The position numbers were made by a program, and so were the translations under genes. From assembly GCA_951406725.2 (NCBI GenBank), contig OX597831.1:29202001-29266000 (forward strand): a DNA stretch of 64,000 nt. The letters run 5' to 3'. Numbering within the stretch: the stretch's first letter is position 1; each line of letters starts with the position of its first letter. The notes beneath the pieces are model-generated. The model made no database searches. It saw only the letters and a program-made list of their open reading frames with translations, and was not told where the DNA came from. The DNA is from Octopus vulgaris. Its lineage: Eukaryota. Shown piece by piece: positions 39,379 to 53,486 of the stretch.

Positions 39379-39599
39379 CGACAAGCTTCTTTCAGTTTCC
39401 GTCTACCAAATCCCCTCATAAGACTTTGGTCGACTAGAGCGAGGCTTTTAGTAGAAGACACTTGCCCAAGGTGCCACATAGTAAGTCTGAACCCGAAGCC
39501 ATGTGGTTGGTAAGCAAGTGTCTTCTACTAAAAGCCTCGCTCTGGTCGACCAAAGCCTTGTGAGGGGATTTGGTAGACGGAAACTGAAAGAAGCTTGTC

Positions 39600-39639
<40 letters not shown>

Positions 39640-40118
39640 CTTTACTACCCACAAGGGGCTAAACATAGAGGTGACAAACAAGGACAGACAAATGGATTAA
39701 GTCGATTATACCGACCCCAGTGCGTAACTGGTACTTATTTAATCGACCCCGAAAGGATGAAAGGCAAAGTCGACCTCGGCGGAATTTGAACTCAGAACAT
39801 AACGGCAAATGAAATACCGCTAAGCATTTCGCCCAGCGCGCTAACGTTTCTGCCAGCTCGCCGCCCTATATATACAAATGTATATATACATATGTGTGTG
39901 TGTGCGTATATGTTTGTGTCTGTGTTTGTCCTCCCAAAAATCGCTTGACAACCAATGCTAGTATTTTTACGTCCCCATAACTTAGCGATTCGGCAAAAGA
40001 TACCGATAGAATAAGTACTAGGCTTACAAAGAATAAGTTCTGGGGTCGATTTGTTCGACTAAAAGCGATGCTCCAGCATGACCGCAGTCAAATGACTGAA
40101 ACAAGTAAAAGAATAAAA

Positions 40119-40154
<36 letters not shown>

Positions 40155-41353
40155 TTGTGTGGCGGGCCTTCTTCCAGTTTCCGTCGACCAAATCCATTTA
40201 CAATGCCAGGTCTATAATAGAAGGCAGCCAAGGGTGCCACGAAGAGGGGCTGAACCCAGAACCATGTGGTTTGGAAGGCAACTTCTTACCACATGACCAG
40301 ACAGAAAATATTTTTATTTGGTGTTTAGATATTTTTTAGTCTGCGAAAACTCTCGACCCCTCTTAATATGCAAGGTCCCCGCGTCATAACGCGTCACGAC
40401 CCGCGCACAACAGTCAGTCACAAAGGGGCACTAAAACCCAGTTTTTAAGAACCAGGAAATGGGAGCGAAATGGCACTGGGCGACATAAAAAGAACGTTTT
40501 TTATAAAAAATGTAAGACGACAGAAGCGGTTGAGGCCAGCCAACGCATAAATTGTGAGGGAGAGGAGGAAGTGAGTGTAAAAAGCAAGGGTGAGATAGAG
40601 GAATAACGAGAGAGAGGGGGTGAGATAGTGCTAGTGATATTGATGATGACGATGATGATGATGGGAAATTTCCATCACCAAAAAATACGGAGAGAGTTTT
40701 AGTTACTTGCAGACGTACAAAAAAGTGAACTGTTGTCGCTGCAGTAGATCTTAGACGTTTCTATGATTAAGCGACATCAGATTTGTGTTAACTCTTTCTC
40801 TACCGATATGGCATTGTGTGGTGGCCCACACCTTCTTTCTTTTCATTCATTCTTTCTTTCTTTCATTCTTTCTTTCTTTCATTTATTCTTTTTTTTCTTT
40901 TTTCTTTCTTCACTGGCGACACACAAACACACACACTCACACACACACACATCCATGCGAGGGCGAACACGCATACACACACACTTGTAATGTGTGCGCA
41001 TGCGTCTATGAGTGTATCTTGTTTTTCAACCAATGTGATTGATTTTGATTGTGGCAATGCTGGGGGCACCACCTTGAACGGTTCTTGGTCGAAGAAATCG
41101 ACCCCACAACTTTTATTCTTAAGCCGAACCGCTAAGTTACGGGGATGTAAACACACCAGCACCGGTTGTCACACACACACACGCACGCACGCACGCAGAC
41201 ACACAAATATATACGACTAGTTTCCTTCCGTCTACCAAATTCAGTCAGAATGATTTTTGGTCGTGTTAGGCGGTGGTTGAGAAGTAAATTTCTTACCACA
41301 CAGCCACACACGTATGTATGTATGTGTGTATGTGTGTGTGTCTGTGTGTGTGC

Positions 41354-41394
<41 letters not shown>

Positions 41395-41887
41395 TGTGTG
41401 TGTTAAGGCGGTGAGCCGGCAGAACCGTAAGCCGGGGTTGGAAAACAATGTTTCGCGGCATTTCGTTCGTCTGTATGTTCTATGTTCGCCGAAGTCGCTT
41501 TAGCATTTTATCATTTCCGAGTCGATGCAACCGACTAGCTTCCACCGCTTCAGAATTTCACTCCTTGCACCTAATAAGTAAGTAGAAAGAGCATATATAT
41601 TCGTATGTGTGTGTGTGTGTGTGTGTGTTTATATATGAAAATTATATATATATTCTTTTTCTTTTTCTTTTTATTCTTTCATTTGTTTCAGCCATTTGAC
41701 TGTGGCCATGCTGGAGCAACGCCTTTAGTCGAGCAAATCGACCCCGGGACTTATTCTTTGTAAGCCTAGTGCTTATTCTGCCGGTCTCTCTTGCCGAACC
41801 GCTAAGTGACGGGGACGTAAACACGCCACCATCGGTTGTCAAGCGATGTTGGGGGACAAAAGGAGACACACAAATATACACACACAC

Positions 41888-41931
<44 letters not shown>

Positions 41932-42141
41932 GACGGGCTTCTTTCAGTTTCCGTCTACCAAATCCACTCACAAGGCTTTGGTCGGCCCTAGGCTATAGAA
42001 GACACTTGCCTAGGGTGCCACGCAGTGGGAATGAACTCGGAACCATGTGATTGGTAAGTAAGCTACTTACTACACAGCTACTCCTGCGACTATATATTAA
42101 ATATGTGTATGTGTGTGTGCATATACACACACACACACAAA

Positions 42142-42179
<38 letters not shown>

Positions 42180-42183
<4 letters not shown>

Positions 42184-43433
42184 GGTTGGACAAATTACTG
42201 GAAACGCCTAGCATCATAATTTTGAAATGTCTATAAAATCATCAAAAGCTTGTTTATTTTGGGATTTTTGATTTGTTATTAGTGTTGCCTAATATGTTTT
42301 GCTAAAATTGCTGTTTCTTTTCAGATATCATCAGAAAAAGGTAATTAAAATTCATTAAAATAGATCTATCGGACTTTCAAAGAGGTCAAATTGTTGGAGC
42401 TCGTGTGGCAGGCGCTAGCATAACAAAAACAGACGAAATGTTTGGTGTATCAACTGTCTCGGACTGTTTTCGAAAGTAATGACAGTCTTTGAGAAAGAGG
42501 GAAAAACCTCCCTGTCGAAACAAAACTCCGGAAGAAAACCAAAACTTTCAGATAGGAACCGCTGGACTCTTTCACGAATTGATAGAAAGGATCACAAAAG
42601 TACAACTCCCAAAATTACTGCAGAGCTTAATGACCACCTCGAGAACCCAGTTTCCACAAAAACTGTTCGCCGGGAGCCGCGCAAAGCCGGATTTCGCGGG
42701 AGGGTTGCAATCAGAAAACCACTTCTTTCAAAAACAAACGTTGCAAAGCGTTTAGAGCCTACAGAATTAGTCCCTAGAGCAGTGGAAGAATGTTATCTTC
42801 TTAGACGAGTCATCCTTTACCTTATTTCCAACCACCAGCCGAGAATACGTATGGAGTCAGCCAAAAGAAGCATTTGACCCAGACTGCCTTCTTAAAACTG
42901 TTAAACTTGGAGGAGGATCTGTGATGATCTGGGGTCTATATCTGGGAAATCTGCCGGCCCAATGGTTTCCCTTCATGGCAGAATTAATAGTCAAGACAAT
43001 TTAAGCATTTTATCTAATCAAATTCGTCCTATGGTTGCGGAACTGTTTCCAGAGGGAAACGCAATCTTTCAGGATGACAATGCACTAATTCACACAGCTA
43101 AAGTTGTTACTGAATGGCACGAGGAACATTCTAGTGAAGTTGAACATCTTATCTGGCCACCAGAGTCCCCAGATCTCAATATTATTGAACATTTATGATG
43201 CATTTTAGAAAAACAAGTAAGGAGTCGATATCCTCTACCATCATCACTACAAGAACCGGAGACTGTTTTAGCTGAAAAATGGACAAAAATTCCTTTTGAA
43301 ACAATCCAAACTTTGTACGAGTCCAAACCTCGTAGAATTTAAACTGTAATTACTGCTAAAGACAGTCCTACCCCATATCAAAATAAATTTATTTGAAATT
43401 TTAAGGTGTTTCCATTATTTTGTCCAACCCCTA
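42180..43433 (+). mobile_element. Tc1-family DNA transposon, full length, with decayed transposase
   Basis: TIRs CAGGGGTTGGACAAATTACTGGAAAC / GTTTCCATTATTTTGTCCAACCCCT. Frameshifted ORFs give SGRKPKLS, GRVAIRKPLLSK, DESSF, FQDDNALIHTAK and WPPESPDLNIIEHL (DD34E-type). Confidence 0.92.
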
Positions 43434-43752
43434 TGTGGTTCTTGTATTTTATTTGCAAGATTCTTTATGTGAATTCGTGTGTTGAAGCATATTTTATTGT
43501 GTCTGGGGAGAGTCATTCTGTTTTAATGCCTTAGTAATTAACACACGCACCGGTTCGATTTCCTCTCATTCTTATTTTAAAATTTTTCTTTGCTTCTTGC
43601 AACCTTTTCAACGACTATAAATAAGTAAATGAGTGGAAATCGAACCGTTGTGGATGTGTCACTTAATAAGTCATTAAAACAGAATGTATACGTATGTGTA
43701 TATGTATATTTGTATATGTGTATACATGTGTGTGTATGTAACTGAATGAGTA

Positions 43753-44380
43753 CAGTAATCCCTCGACTATTGCGGGTGTTACGTTCCAAAATCCTCCGCG
43801 ATAGGTGAAAACCCGCGAAGCAGAAACAGTACTGTACTCTCTTTCTCTCTTTTACTTGTTTCAGTCATTTGACTGTGGCCATGCTGGAGCACCGCCTTTT
43901 TAATCGAGCAACTCGACCCCGGGACTTATTCTTTTGTAAGCCCAGTACTTATTCTATCGGTCTCTTTTGCCGAACCGCTAATTGACGGGGACATAAACAC
44001 ACCAGCATCGGTTGTCAAGCAATGCTAGGGGGACAAACACAGACACACAAACACACACACGCATATATATATATATACATATAAACGACGGGCTTCTTTC
44101 AGTTTCCGTCTACCAAATCCACTCACAAAGCATTGGTCGGCCCGAGGCTATAGTAGAAGACACTTGCCCAAGATGCCACGCAGTGGGACTGAACCCGCAA
44201 CCATGTGGTTGGTTAGCAAGCTACTTACCACACAGCCACTCCTGCGCCTATATTTTTTAAAATTATTTTTATAATTTGTATATATTTTATTACAAATGCA
44301 AAACAACACCACGGAGGAATCAATGTAAGCTTAAATAATAAACCGCGATAGGTGAACCGCGATATGGCGAGAGATTACTT
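43753..44380. mobile_element. Tigger/pogo-like MITE interrupted by a SINE family A copy
   Basis: TA-CAGTAATCCCTCG ... CGAGAGATTACTT-TA ends, with subterminal CCGCGATAGGTGAA at both ends. Confidence 0.7.
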
Positions 44381-44798
44381 TATATGCGTGTCTGTGTGTG
44401 TGTATGTATGTATGTGTGTATTTGCGTATTAGTGCATCAGTTGCTATGGTGATGTAAGGAAGAAGGGCGGGGTGGGTGTGGTGGGTGTGGTAGGGAAGGA
44501 GACAATTTGAAAGAACAGAAAAGGACAAACAGATTTCCTCTGAAATTTGCATAACGAATATCGGCATTTGCAGAGGCAGACATACATTTAGTTAAGGGTG
44601 GTGGGCATGATGTGGAGAGGAGGAGAGAAGGAGATAGAGAGGGAGGTAGCGACAAATGAAGAGCGGGTACCGGAAATGACACCACAGGAAAAATCTGCTA
44701 TGCGATAATACGGTTGTTGTTATTTAACCACCGGTTAATCCTGGCTGAGTAGATAAGGGATGAAAGGCATTTCAGCCATGGCTAACTTGCTGAACTAC

Positions 44799-44928
<130 letters not shown>

Positions 44929-45185
44929 TAAAGAAATTCGTTGTGTATATATGTTAAACATTTTCGGTATGCAAATTAGGAACTCCATCAAAGAGTAACT
45001 GCTGCATTTGTTAAGTATATAAACAGTTTGGCTGATTGGTTCTCTGGTGATTGTCTGAATGTAGGCGCCTCTGATGAGAACACAATAAGGTTCATAAATC
45101 CATTAAGATTGTTCGTCATTTTTTCAGTCTTCGGAGAAATGGATAAACTTCGCCCTGTTTATAATTATACAATATGTTAAATATA

Positions 45186-45608
45186 TCTTCTCTATATATA
45201 AACGGCAGTTTGTGTGTCTGTGTGTCTGTCAGGTTGTACCCTCACCCTGACCACGGCTTTCAACCGATTCTGATGGAACTTGACACACACATAGCCCAAT
45301 GTCATAATTCAAAACTAACGCAGTGAAAATTTTGAAAAGTTCCCCCAGTTCTGAAAAAAATCGATAAATTCGACATGGGGTCGAGAATCTAAGCTTTTTA
45401 TATGCAACACATTTTCTGTTGTAATTTTTGCAACTTGCAATCGGGAGACAGCTAGGAACATCGTATACACAGAAGTATTCGAGTGAAGAGAAGACATTGC
45501 AACCTACACATGCGCCTTCGTTCCCTAGAGGGAAAGAACTAGATTGGGATTAGTTGTTGCCTACTAGGGGCTCTTACATACCCGGGCAACGCCGGGCTAT
45601 GCTGCTAG
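45186..45608 (+). mobile_element. Non-autonomous Helitron
   Basis: 5' TCTTCTCTATATATAAACGG, 3' hairpin CCCGGGCAACGCCGGG then CTAG, sitting between A and T. Confidence 0.8.
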
Positions 45609-45617
45609 TATATATAT

Positions 45618-45834
45618 AAGCAATGATCCTTATAAGAATTAATTAATTAAACGGAGTTCAATACATGTCATCAAATAAAAAAATGAAATGAAGCAGATGT
45701 TAATGATGGATTTTTTCTTTTATTCAGTTCTTGAATAATCCATCATTAAAATCAAAATCCGCTTCATTTCATTTTATTTGATGACGTTTATTGAACTCCA
45801 TTTAATGAATTAATTCTTATAAGGATCATTTGCT
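45618..45834. repeat. Foldback element (~95-bp imperfect inverted arms)
   Basis: AGCAATGATCCTTATAAGAATTAATT... is inverted at ...AATTAATTCTTATAAGGATCATTTGCT. Confidence 0.8.
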
Positions 45835-46149
45835 GACATATATTCATACGCATATGATAAGAAATTCGTAAATAACGTATGATAAAAAGACATTGGAAAC
45901 CTAGGCAATAATTCCCTTAGCGGAGGGAGTAAATTTTCATCCAGATAAATATAATATATGATATAATATTAATATAATATAATATAATATAATATAATAT
46001 AATATAATATAATATAATATAATATAATATAATATATGTATGTATATATGTATATAAAGGTAATCCAAACATGAAAACACGAAGTGTAAACACAACAACG
46101 CGAGGACGTGGAACAAGTATAGTATTATTGGACGCTCAGGAAAGAAAGA

Positions 46150-46188
46150 AGGTTCAACGTTTCGAGCGGAGCTCTTCGTCAGAAACAT
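46150..46188 (-). ncRNA. Minimal hammerhead-like motif in a ~190-bp repeat (about 46060-46250)
   Basis: Minus strand CTGACGA-A-GAGC(TCC)GCTC-GAAA-CGTT. Same element as 57987-58175. Confidence 0.65.
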
Positions 46189-47447
46189 AAGAAAAGGAAA
46201 GATCCAAAGAAGGGAAGACGGAGGGAAAAAAATCGCCAACGGTACACACGCGGTCCGGTAGCCATGATAAATCTCCGAGTTTCGGATGTCGGGATGAAAA
46301 TCCACGCTGCCATTTCTTCAGTTATCTGGCCATCGGAAAAATGCTATGAAAATGACCGTTAATCATCGTCATCATCATCATTGTTTAGCGTCCGCTTTCC
46401 ATGCTAGCATGGGTTGGACGGTTCAACTGGGGCCTGGGAAGCCAGAAGACTGCACCAGGCCCAGTCTGATCTGGCAATGTTTCTACGACTGGATGCCCTT
46501 CCTAACGCCAACCACTCCGTGAGTGTAATTGGTGCTTTTTACGTGCCACCGATACAGGTGCCAGACGAGGCTAGCAAACAGCCACGATCAAACAAAGGGA
46601 AATTACTGTGTGATTGACCGTTGAGTGTCTTACCACGCGGAGTAGATGAAACCATGGCGACTGAAGAAGGGGAATTTTCCTTGTTATTTGTCCTGTACTC
46701 TATTTTTTCGTTGTTTAAGAAAAATGTCAAGTTCCTTGGTTTTGTGTTTATGTTTTCGTTTCTCATTGTGTTCGGCGTTTTTTTGGTGTCCTGTACCCAT
46801 ATATGCATGTATATATACATGTAGATGTAGGTACGTACATATATGTATGCATATATGCATATGTTTTATTTATTAATTTGCTATATATATATATATGTAT
46901 ATATATGTATATTATGGCTGCCGCCTTTAAGGCTGAAACATAAAAGAATATATATATATACATATATTTTTAAGTATAACTATGTACAACAGATTTCTTT
47001 CAATTTCCGTTCATGACAACCACTAATATGGCTTTGGCCAGCCCAGGCTATTGTATGCACTCGGCCAAGGAGCCACGCAGTGGAACTGAACCTGGAATCA
47101 TGTGGTTGGGAAGCAAGCTTCTTACCACATAACCACACATGCATATGTATATGTATGTATATATATATATATATATATATACATGCATGCGTGTATTTGT
47201 GTATGTATGAAGGTATGTGAGTATGTGCGTGTGTGTGTGTACGTGTGTGCGTGTATCTGTGCCTGTAGAGAAAGAGGTACATACGTTGGTGGAAACAAAG
47301 ACTCAAAGTACGGATTTAGGAGAAGCGGGAAGTAACGGGAAAATGACGGAAGGAAACGAAAGAGGGGGGCAGGGAAGGAGAAATGTTTACACATGCAGAA
47401 AAACGCACGCGCACACACGCATTTATAGATAGCCACACACACCCGTG

Positions 47448-47478
<31 letters not shown>

Positions 47479-47484
47479 GTGCGC

Positions 47485-47552
<68 letters not shown>

Positions 47553-47679
47553 ACGTATATAGAGGCACTCAGAAACAGAGGAACTCTTTCGCTTTGGTAA
47601 ACATATTTACACATCTCTTACTCTCACTCTCTTCTCTATCTCTCATTACCCTGCGCCGAATACATCGTAAATATACAAC

Positions 47680-47725
<46 letters not shown>

Positions 47726-47785
47726 GCATACATATATACATAGATACATATATTCATATATACATATATATACATATATACATAT

Positions 47786-47829
<44 letters not shown>

Positions 47830-47876
47830 ATATATGTATATATGAATATATGTATCTATGTATATATGTATGCATG

Positions 47877-47913
<37 letters not shown>

Positions 47914-49037
47914 GTGTGTGTGTAAATAAGTTTATATATATATGTGTGTGTATATATATACATTTATATATATATATATACATATATATATATGTATACA
48001 TATATATATATATATATATATGTATGTGTTTGCATGTATTTGTGTGTGCCTGCATTCATGTGTGTGTGTGTGTGTCTGTGTGTGTGTGTGTGTGTGCGTG
48101 TGCGAGTGTGTGCGTGTGCGAGTGTGTGCGTGTGCGAGTGTGTGCGAGCAGAAAAAGATTCAGGCTGAGCTAGAGATATTCCTTTGATAAATTTTCTAAA
48201 TTAGATTATCTGATAAATGGATAGAATGAAACTCAACGAGCAATAACAACAACAACAACAACAACAGCAGCAGAAACAACAACTGCAACAACTATTTTCA
48301 AAATAAGCGAATAAAATGATTAAAACGCAACAACGAAACGAAATGAAACCAAACAAATAGAATAAGAATTGAACAATACCAAGAGAATAACAAAGCGATT
48401 GTCTTTGTTTGGTTGGGGAGTGAAACAGTATCTCCGTGTTTGCGTGCGTGTACGCGCGCGTGTATGTGTACGAGAGAGGGGGAGGGAGAGGGAGATGGTG
48501 AGAACGAGATAGAGATATTGTGAGAGTGAGTGGGTAAAAGAAAAGGGAGCAGGGAAAGAGGGAGGTGTGGAAATGCTTGGATGAAAGATAAAAAACAAAA
48601 TGGTTGCCAAGTTTTAATGAAACCCGCGCGGAAATGAAATTTTATTTGACGCCATTGAAGACATGGTAGAGTAACAGTTGATTTCACTTTTAAGACGTCA
48701 GTCACGGCCCCCCGAGAGATAGATAATAATAAATAAAATGGGATCCTGTTGCTATTACGAAAAGGTCCTATATTGTCTACGAGTGTGGGTGTGTGTGTGT
48801 GTTTGTGTGTGTGTCTGCGTGTGTGTGTGTTGTGCGCGTCTGTATGTGTGTGTGTTGGCTTCCTTTCAAATATTGGTTTCCATGTTGTTTTTCTTTCTAA
48901 TAACTTTTTTTTTTTCATTTCCGTGCTTCTGTACGTTGTCCTTTTTGGTATGCGCATGAAAGAATCATTGGCTCATTACATTAAATCATTACGATCCACT
49001 CACAAACAACTGCACGCACACACACACACACACACAT

Positions 49038-49131
<94 letters not shown>

Positions 49132-49260
49132 GCCCGCACTGTATATGTTTATACACAGTTATACATAGACAAATATGCTTTTAATCACATAAAAATGAAA
49201 CAACGTTATTAAGGCTCTGATGAGTAAATGCGTCTTAGTATCAATGTATTTGTGTGTATG

Positions 49261-49294
<34 letters not shown>

Positions 49295-49526
49295 TGTATG
49301 TATGTATGTATGTATGTATGTACGTACGTACGTATGTGTGTGTGTGTGTGTATCTTCTTTTACTTGTGTTAGTCATGTACTGTGACCTTGCTGGAGCGCC
49401 GCCTTCAAAATAGCTTTCATTTTTTAAAGTAGTTAACTTTTGCCGAACCGCTAGGATACGAGAACGTAGCCTTACCATCACCGGTTGTCAAGCTGTAGTG
49501 GGGGATAAACACAAAGATAAACACAA

Positions 49527-49558
<32 letters not shown>

Positions 49559-50529
49559 CAGACTTTCCACAGTTTCTTTTTTTTCTTTATTGCCCACAAG
49601 GGGCTAAACACAGAGGGGACAGACAAAGGAATTAAGTCGATTATATCGACCCCAGTACGTAACTGGTACTTAATTTATCGACCCCGAAAGGATGAAAGGC
49701 AAATTCGACCTCGGCGGAATTTGAACCCAGAACGTAGCGGCTGACGAAATACGGCAAAGCATTTCGTCCAGCTTTTTAAAGATTCTGCCTGCTCGCCGCC
49801 TTTCCACAGTTTCTATCTACCAAATTCATCCACAAGGCTTTGGTTGGCCCGGGGTGATAGCAGAAGATACTCGCCCAAAGTGCCGCTCAGTAGAACTGAA
49901 CCCAAAACGATGTGGTTACAAAGCGAGCTCCTTAACCACATATCCACGCCTGCTATTTTATGGACGCATGTGTTTGTCTAAGTATAAAGATTTCTCGCCA
50001 GTTATTCTGAGATGAGGGAGAAAGAGGGCTGTTATAGAAGATTAACTGACGTAACTTTATCGTCCCCTGAAAGGATGAGAAACAAGCTTAATCCCAGCAG
50101 GAATTTAACCCGGAACGTAAAGAGATGTGACTAAATGCTGTAACAGTCTGTTGACATTTTTATTGACTTTAACGACTCCTAATTCGTAACAAATCATTTT
50201 AAATGCAGTATTCGTAGAGTGTGTTTATACTAATAAAATAATTATAACATGAGATATTTCTTATCGTTTTTTCAATTTTCTTGTCGAGATAGCAACGGAA
50301 ACCATGATGGGAAGGTGATGTGGCTGACTTAAAACTTGCCACATGGGAGGAAATGGCTGATTTCACATATTGCTGCATGAGTGAAAAATGGCTGATCTAA
50401 AAATTTGCCATCTATCAAACGTATGAGTGTTGTGTGTATGTGAGTGCGTGCGGGTTTCTTTATGTGTGTGAGTATGTATGTGTGTGTGTGTGTGTGTCTG
50501 TCTGTGTGTTACACATATGTGATTATAGC

Positions 50530-52110
50530 TACGAGGGTAAGTCGTATGCACTTTTGTTTCCGTAATTTACAAAATCAAAGATCTGGGGTTGAACAATTAC
50601 ATCACCTTTCGACAGTCGCTCTGCTTTTCGATGCACTTCTTCCAGCTGTCCACAAGATGACTTATTCTATCGGAGAATAAGGTTTCCGATCGGTTGCACA
50701 GCCATCTGTGCATCGCTTCCTGCACTTCTTCGTCTATAGTAAACCGACCACCTCGTAAAGAATGTTTGAGCGGTCCAGTGAGGTGATAGTCGGAAGGGGC
50801 GAGACTGGACTGTATGCAGACTGTACATTTGACGGATATTTGTCCTCACCTTGTTTGTTGTTACCACAACGTTTCGGCTGATATACCCGCCAGCCTTCGT
50901 CAGCCGAAACGTTGCGGTAATAACAAGCAAAATGAGGACAAATATCCGTCAAATGTAAATAATGTACATAATGTACATAATTCCTCATCTCTTAAATATA
51001 GAACTGTATGCAGACTGTTCCAGACACTCGAGACTCAATTTTTCAATGGTTTCGACGGTGTGGGCCGCCGTATGTGGGTTCGTATTGTTATGCAACTATA
51101 ACACCTACTTTGACAATAGACCTCGGCTTTTGGTGCGAATTATTGGTTTCAGTTTGTTGGTCAGCATTTCACTGAAGCCTACACTGGTGACTGTAGTCTC
51201 TTTTTCTAGGTAATGTTCCAGTATAGGCCATCCCTCACCCCACCCCACCAAAAATGGTTAGCATCACATTTTCTGCTGAAGGTTGAATTTCTTTTTCGCT
51301 GGTGATTTCGGATGTTTTCACTCCATACTCTGCCGTTTGGATTCTGGTTCAAAGTGCTAGACTCATGTCTCATCTGTAACTATTCTCTCCAAAAAAGCTT
51401 TGCCTTCATCGTTCGTTGTTGTAGGCCAGTAAACAGATTTCCACACGATTCCGCTTATGCTCTTCAGTAAGCTAGCTCTCTTGGTACTTAATTTATTAAC
51501 CCCGAAAGGATGAAAGGCAGAGTCAACCTTGGCGGAATTTGAACCCAGAAAGTAAAGACAGACGAAATACCTATTTCTTTACTACCCACAAGGGGCTAAA
51601 CACATAGGGGAAAAACAAGGACAGACACACGGATTAAGTCGATTACATCGACCCCAGTGCGTAACTGGTACTTAATTTATCGACCCCGAAGGATGAAAGG
51701 CAAAGTCGACCTCGGCGGAATTTGAACTCAGAAAGTAAAGACAAACAAATTACCGCTAAGCATTTCGTCCAGAGTGCTAATGATTCTCGCACAGATTTTA
51801 CCGAAGCCTGTCGTGGAGGATTTCACATGCAGAGCTATAACTAATTTGTAGAGAACATGTCAGCTCATCGGTGGTCATTAGTCGTTTATCCAGAACCATC
51901 TCTCGATCTTGTAGAATCTTCACGTCAGTGGTGGAAGTTGATAGGTGTGCTGTTCCCACTTTGTGCTTCACGCTTGTCCGGCAATTTTTAGAATTCTTGA
52001 GCTACTCATATATACATCTACTCATATATACATTGTAGTGAAACCAGCGATGAATTTCAGCCCCTGACATAATTTCAGACCAGACTAGAGAAATCGGATC
52101 ACTGAAATCT
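50530..52110 (-). mobile_element. Decayed mariner transposon with nested insertions
   Basis: TACGAGGG-type terminus at 50530. Minus-strand remnants LHNNTNPHTAAHTVETIEKL, AYSP/LAPSDYHL, LVDSWKKCIE and N-terminal GAEIHR. The far boundary is approximate. Confidence 0.8.
50825..51002. mobile_element. 178-bp foldback insertion with hammerhead-like core and 16-bp TSD
   Basis: Direct repeat ACTGTATGCAGACTGT at 50809-50824 and 51003-51018, ~58-bp inverted arms, and minus-strand CTGACGA-A-GGCTG..CAGCC-GAAA-CGTT. Confidence 0.8.
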
Positions 52111-52293
52111 GTTCTTCCTTGGTTCACACTGCCAGCAGAGCGGCCATGTTTACTCGGTGACACAAGAAAGAAAATTGGAGCGACCGAGGTCAAACCTTGG
52201 CTACGCAATAAGAAGCTTACCACGTTTTAGTATGCGAGCGCTGAAGGCATTGCAGCCAACATGAAGAGAATTTAAGAGAAAGTGCGGATAAAT

Positions 52294-52348
<55 letters not shown>

Positions 52349-52892
52349 AAGACCTGGTAGGGTATAAAGATCAGGTATTTCCAATAAAGCACTCAACCGG
52401 AGTTCTGGACTTTCAACACGGTATGTACATGTACATACCTACACACACACATACACACACGCACGCATGCATACATACATAATACATAAATACATACATA
52501 CATACATACATACACGCATGAAGGCGCGTGGCTTAGTGGTTAGGGCATTCGGCTCACGATTGTAAGGCCGTGAGTTCGATTCCGGGCGACGCGTTGTGTC
52601 CTTGAGCAAGACACTTTATTTCACGTTGCGCCAGCCCACTCATCTGGCAAAAACAAGTAGTACCTGTATTTGAAAGGGCCACCCTTGTGACATTCTGTGT
52701 CACGCTGAATCTCCCTGGAAATTACGTTAGGGGTTCACGTGTCTATGGATTGCTCAGTCACTTGCATGTTAATTTCACAAGCAGGCTGGGACCCTCGTCG
52801 TCGTAACCGACGGAGTGCTCCTTCACATACATACATGAATGCATACATACATACATACATACATACATACATACATACATACATACAATACA

Positions 52893-53400
52893 TACGAGGG
52901 GGGGTGCCCAAAAGGAAACCGGAATTATGCAATATTATTTCAATCATTTAGTTTTACATGTTTACACTTTTACCACCTTCATAGTATTCTCCATTTGAAG
53001 CCATGCATCGGTCCAGAAGCGTTTCCTGTTATTCGAAACAGTGCTGGAACTCTTGCAAAGTAATGCCTTTTAATTCCTCCGTCGTTTCTATTTCTCACCT
53101 CTTCCACATCTGCAAATTCCGTAGCACCATCTTCCGTCACCAGTGATGACTTTCGAAAAAAGGTCCCGATCAACTTCCAACTGGTTTTTCAGTTCCCAAC
53201 ATGCATTCAATAGTGACTGCTTTTGATCTTCCATTCGTGATTCGTCGCTCAAAATTCGTTGCCAAGGAGCTCTAGAACACACCAGTCATATCAATGAGTT
53301 CGTCAATTGTTCAGTGATGGTCTTCCAAGATCGGTTATTGAATTTTCATGATGTTTTCATTCGTTCGGGAGATCGACAGTCGTCCTGAACGAGATTGGTC
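52893..53400 (-). mobile_element. Internally deleted mariner relic
   Basis: TACGAGGGGG terminus. Minus-strand LFSKVITGDGRWCYG (first catalytic Asp motif) is joined directly to C-terminal FADVEEV-like sequence. Confidence 0.7.
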
Positions 53401-53441
53401 TTCTTGTTATTCGTTATTTGAACTGTTTGTTTATTTGAATT

Positions 53442-53486
<45 letters not shown>

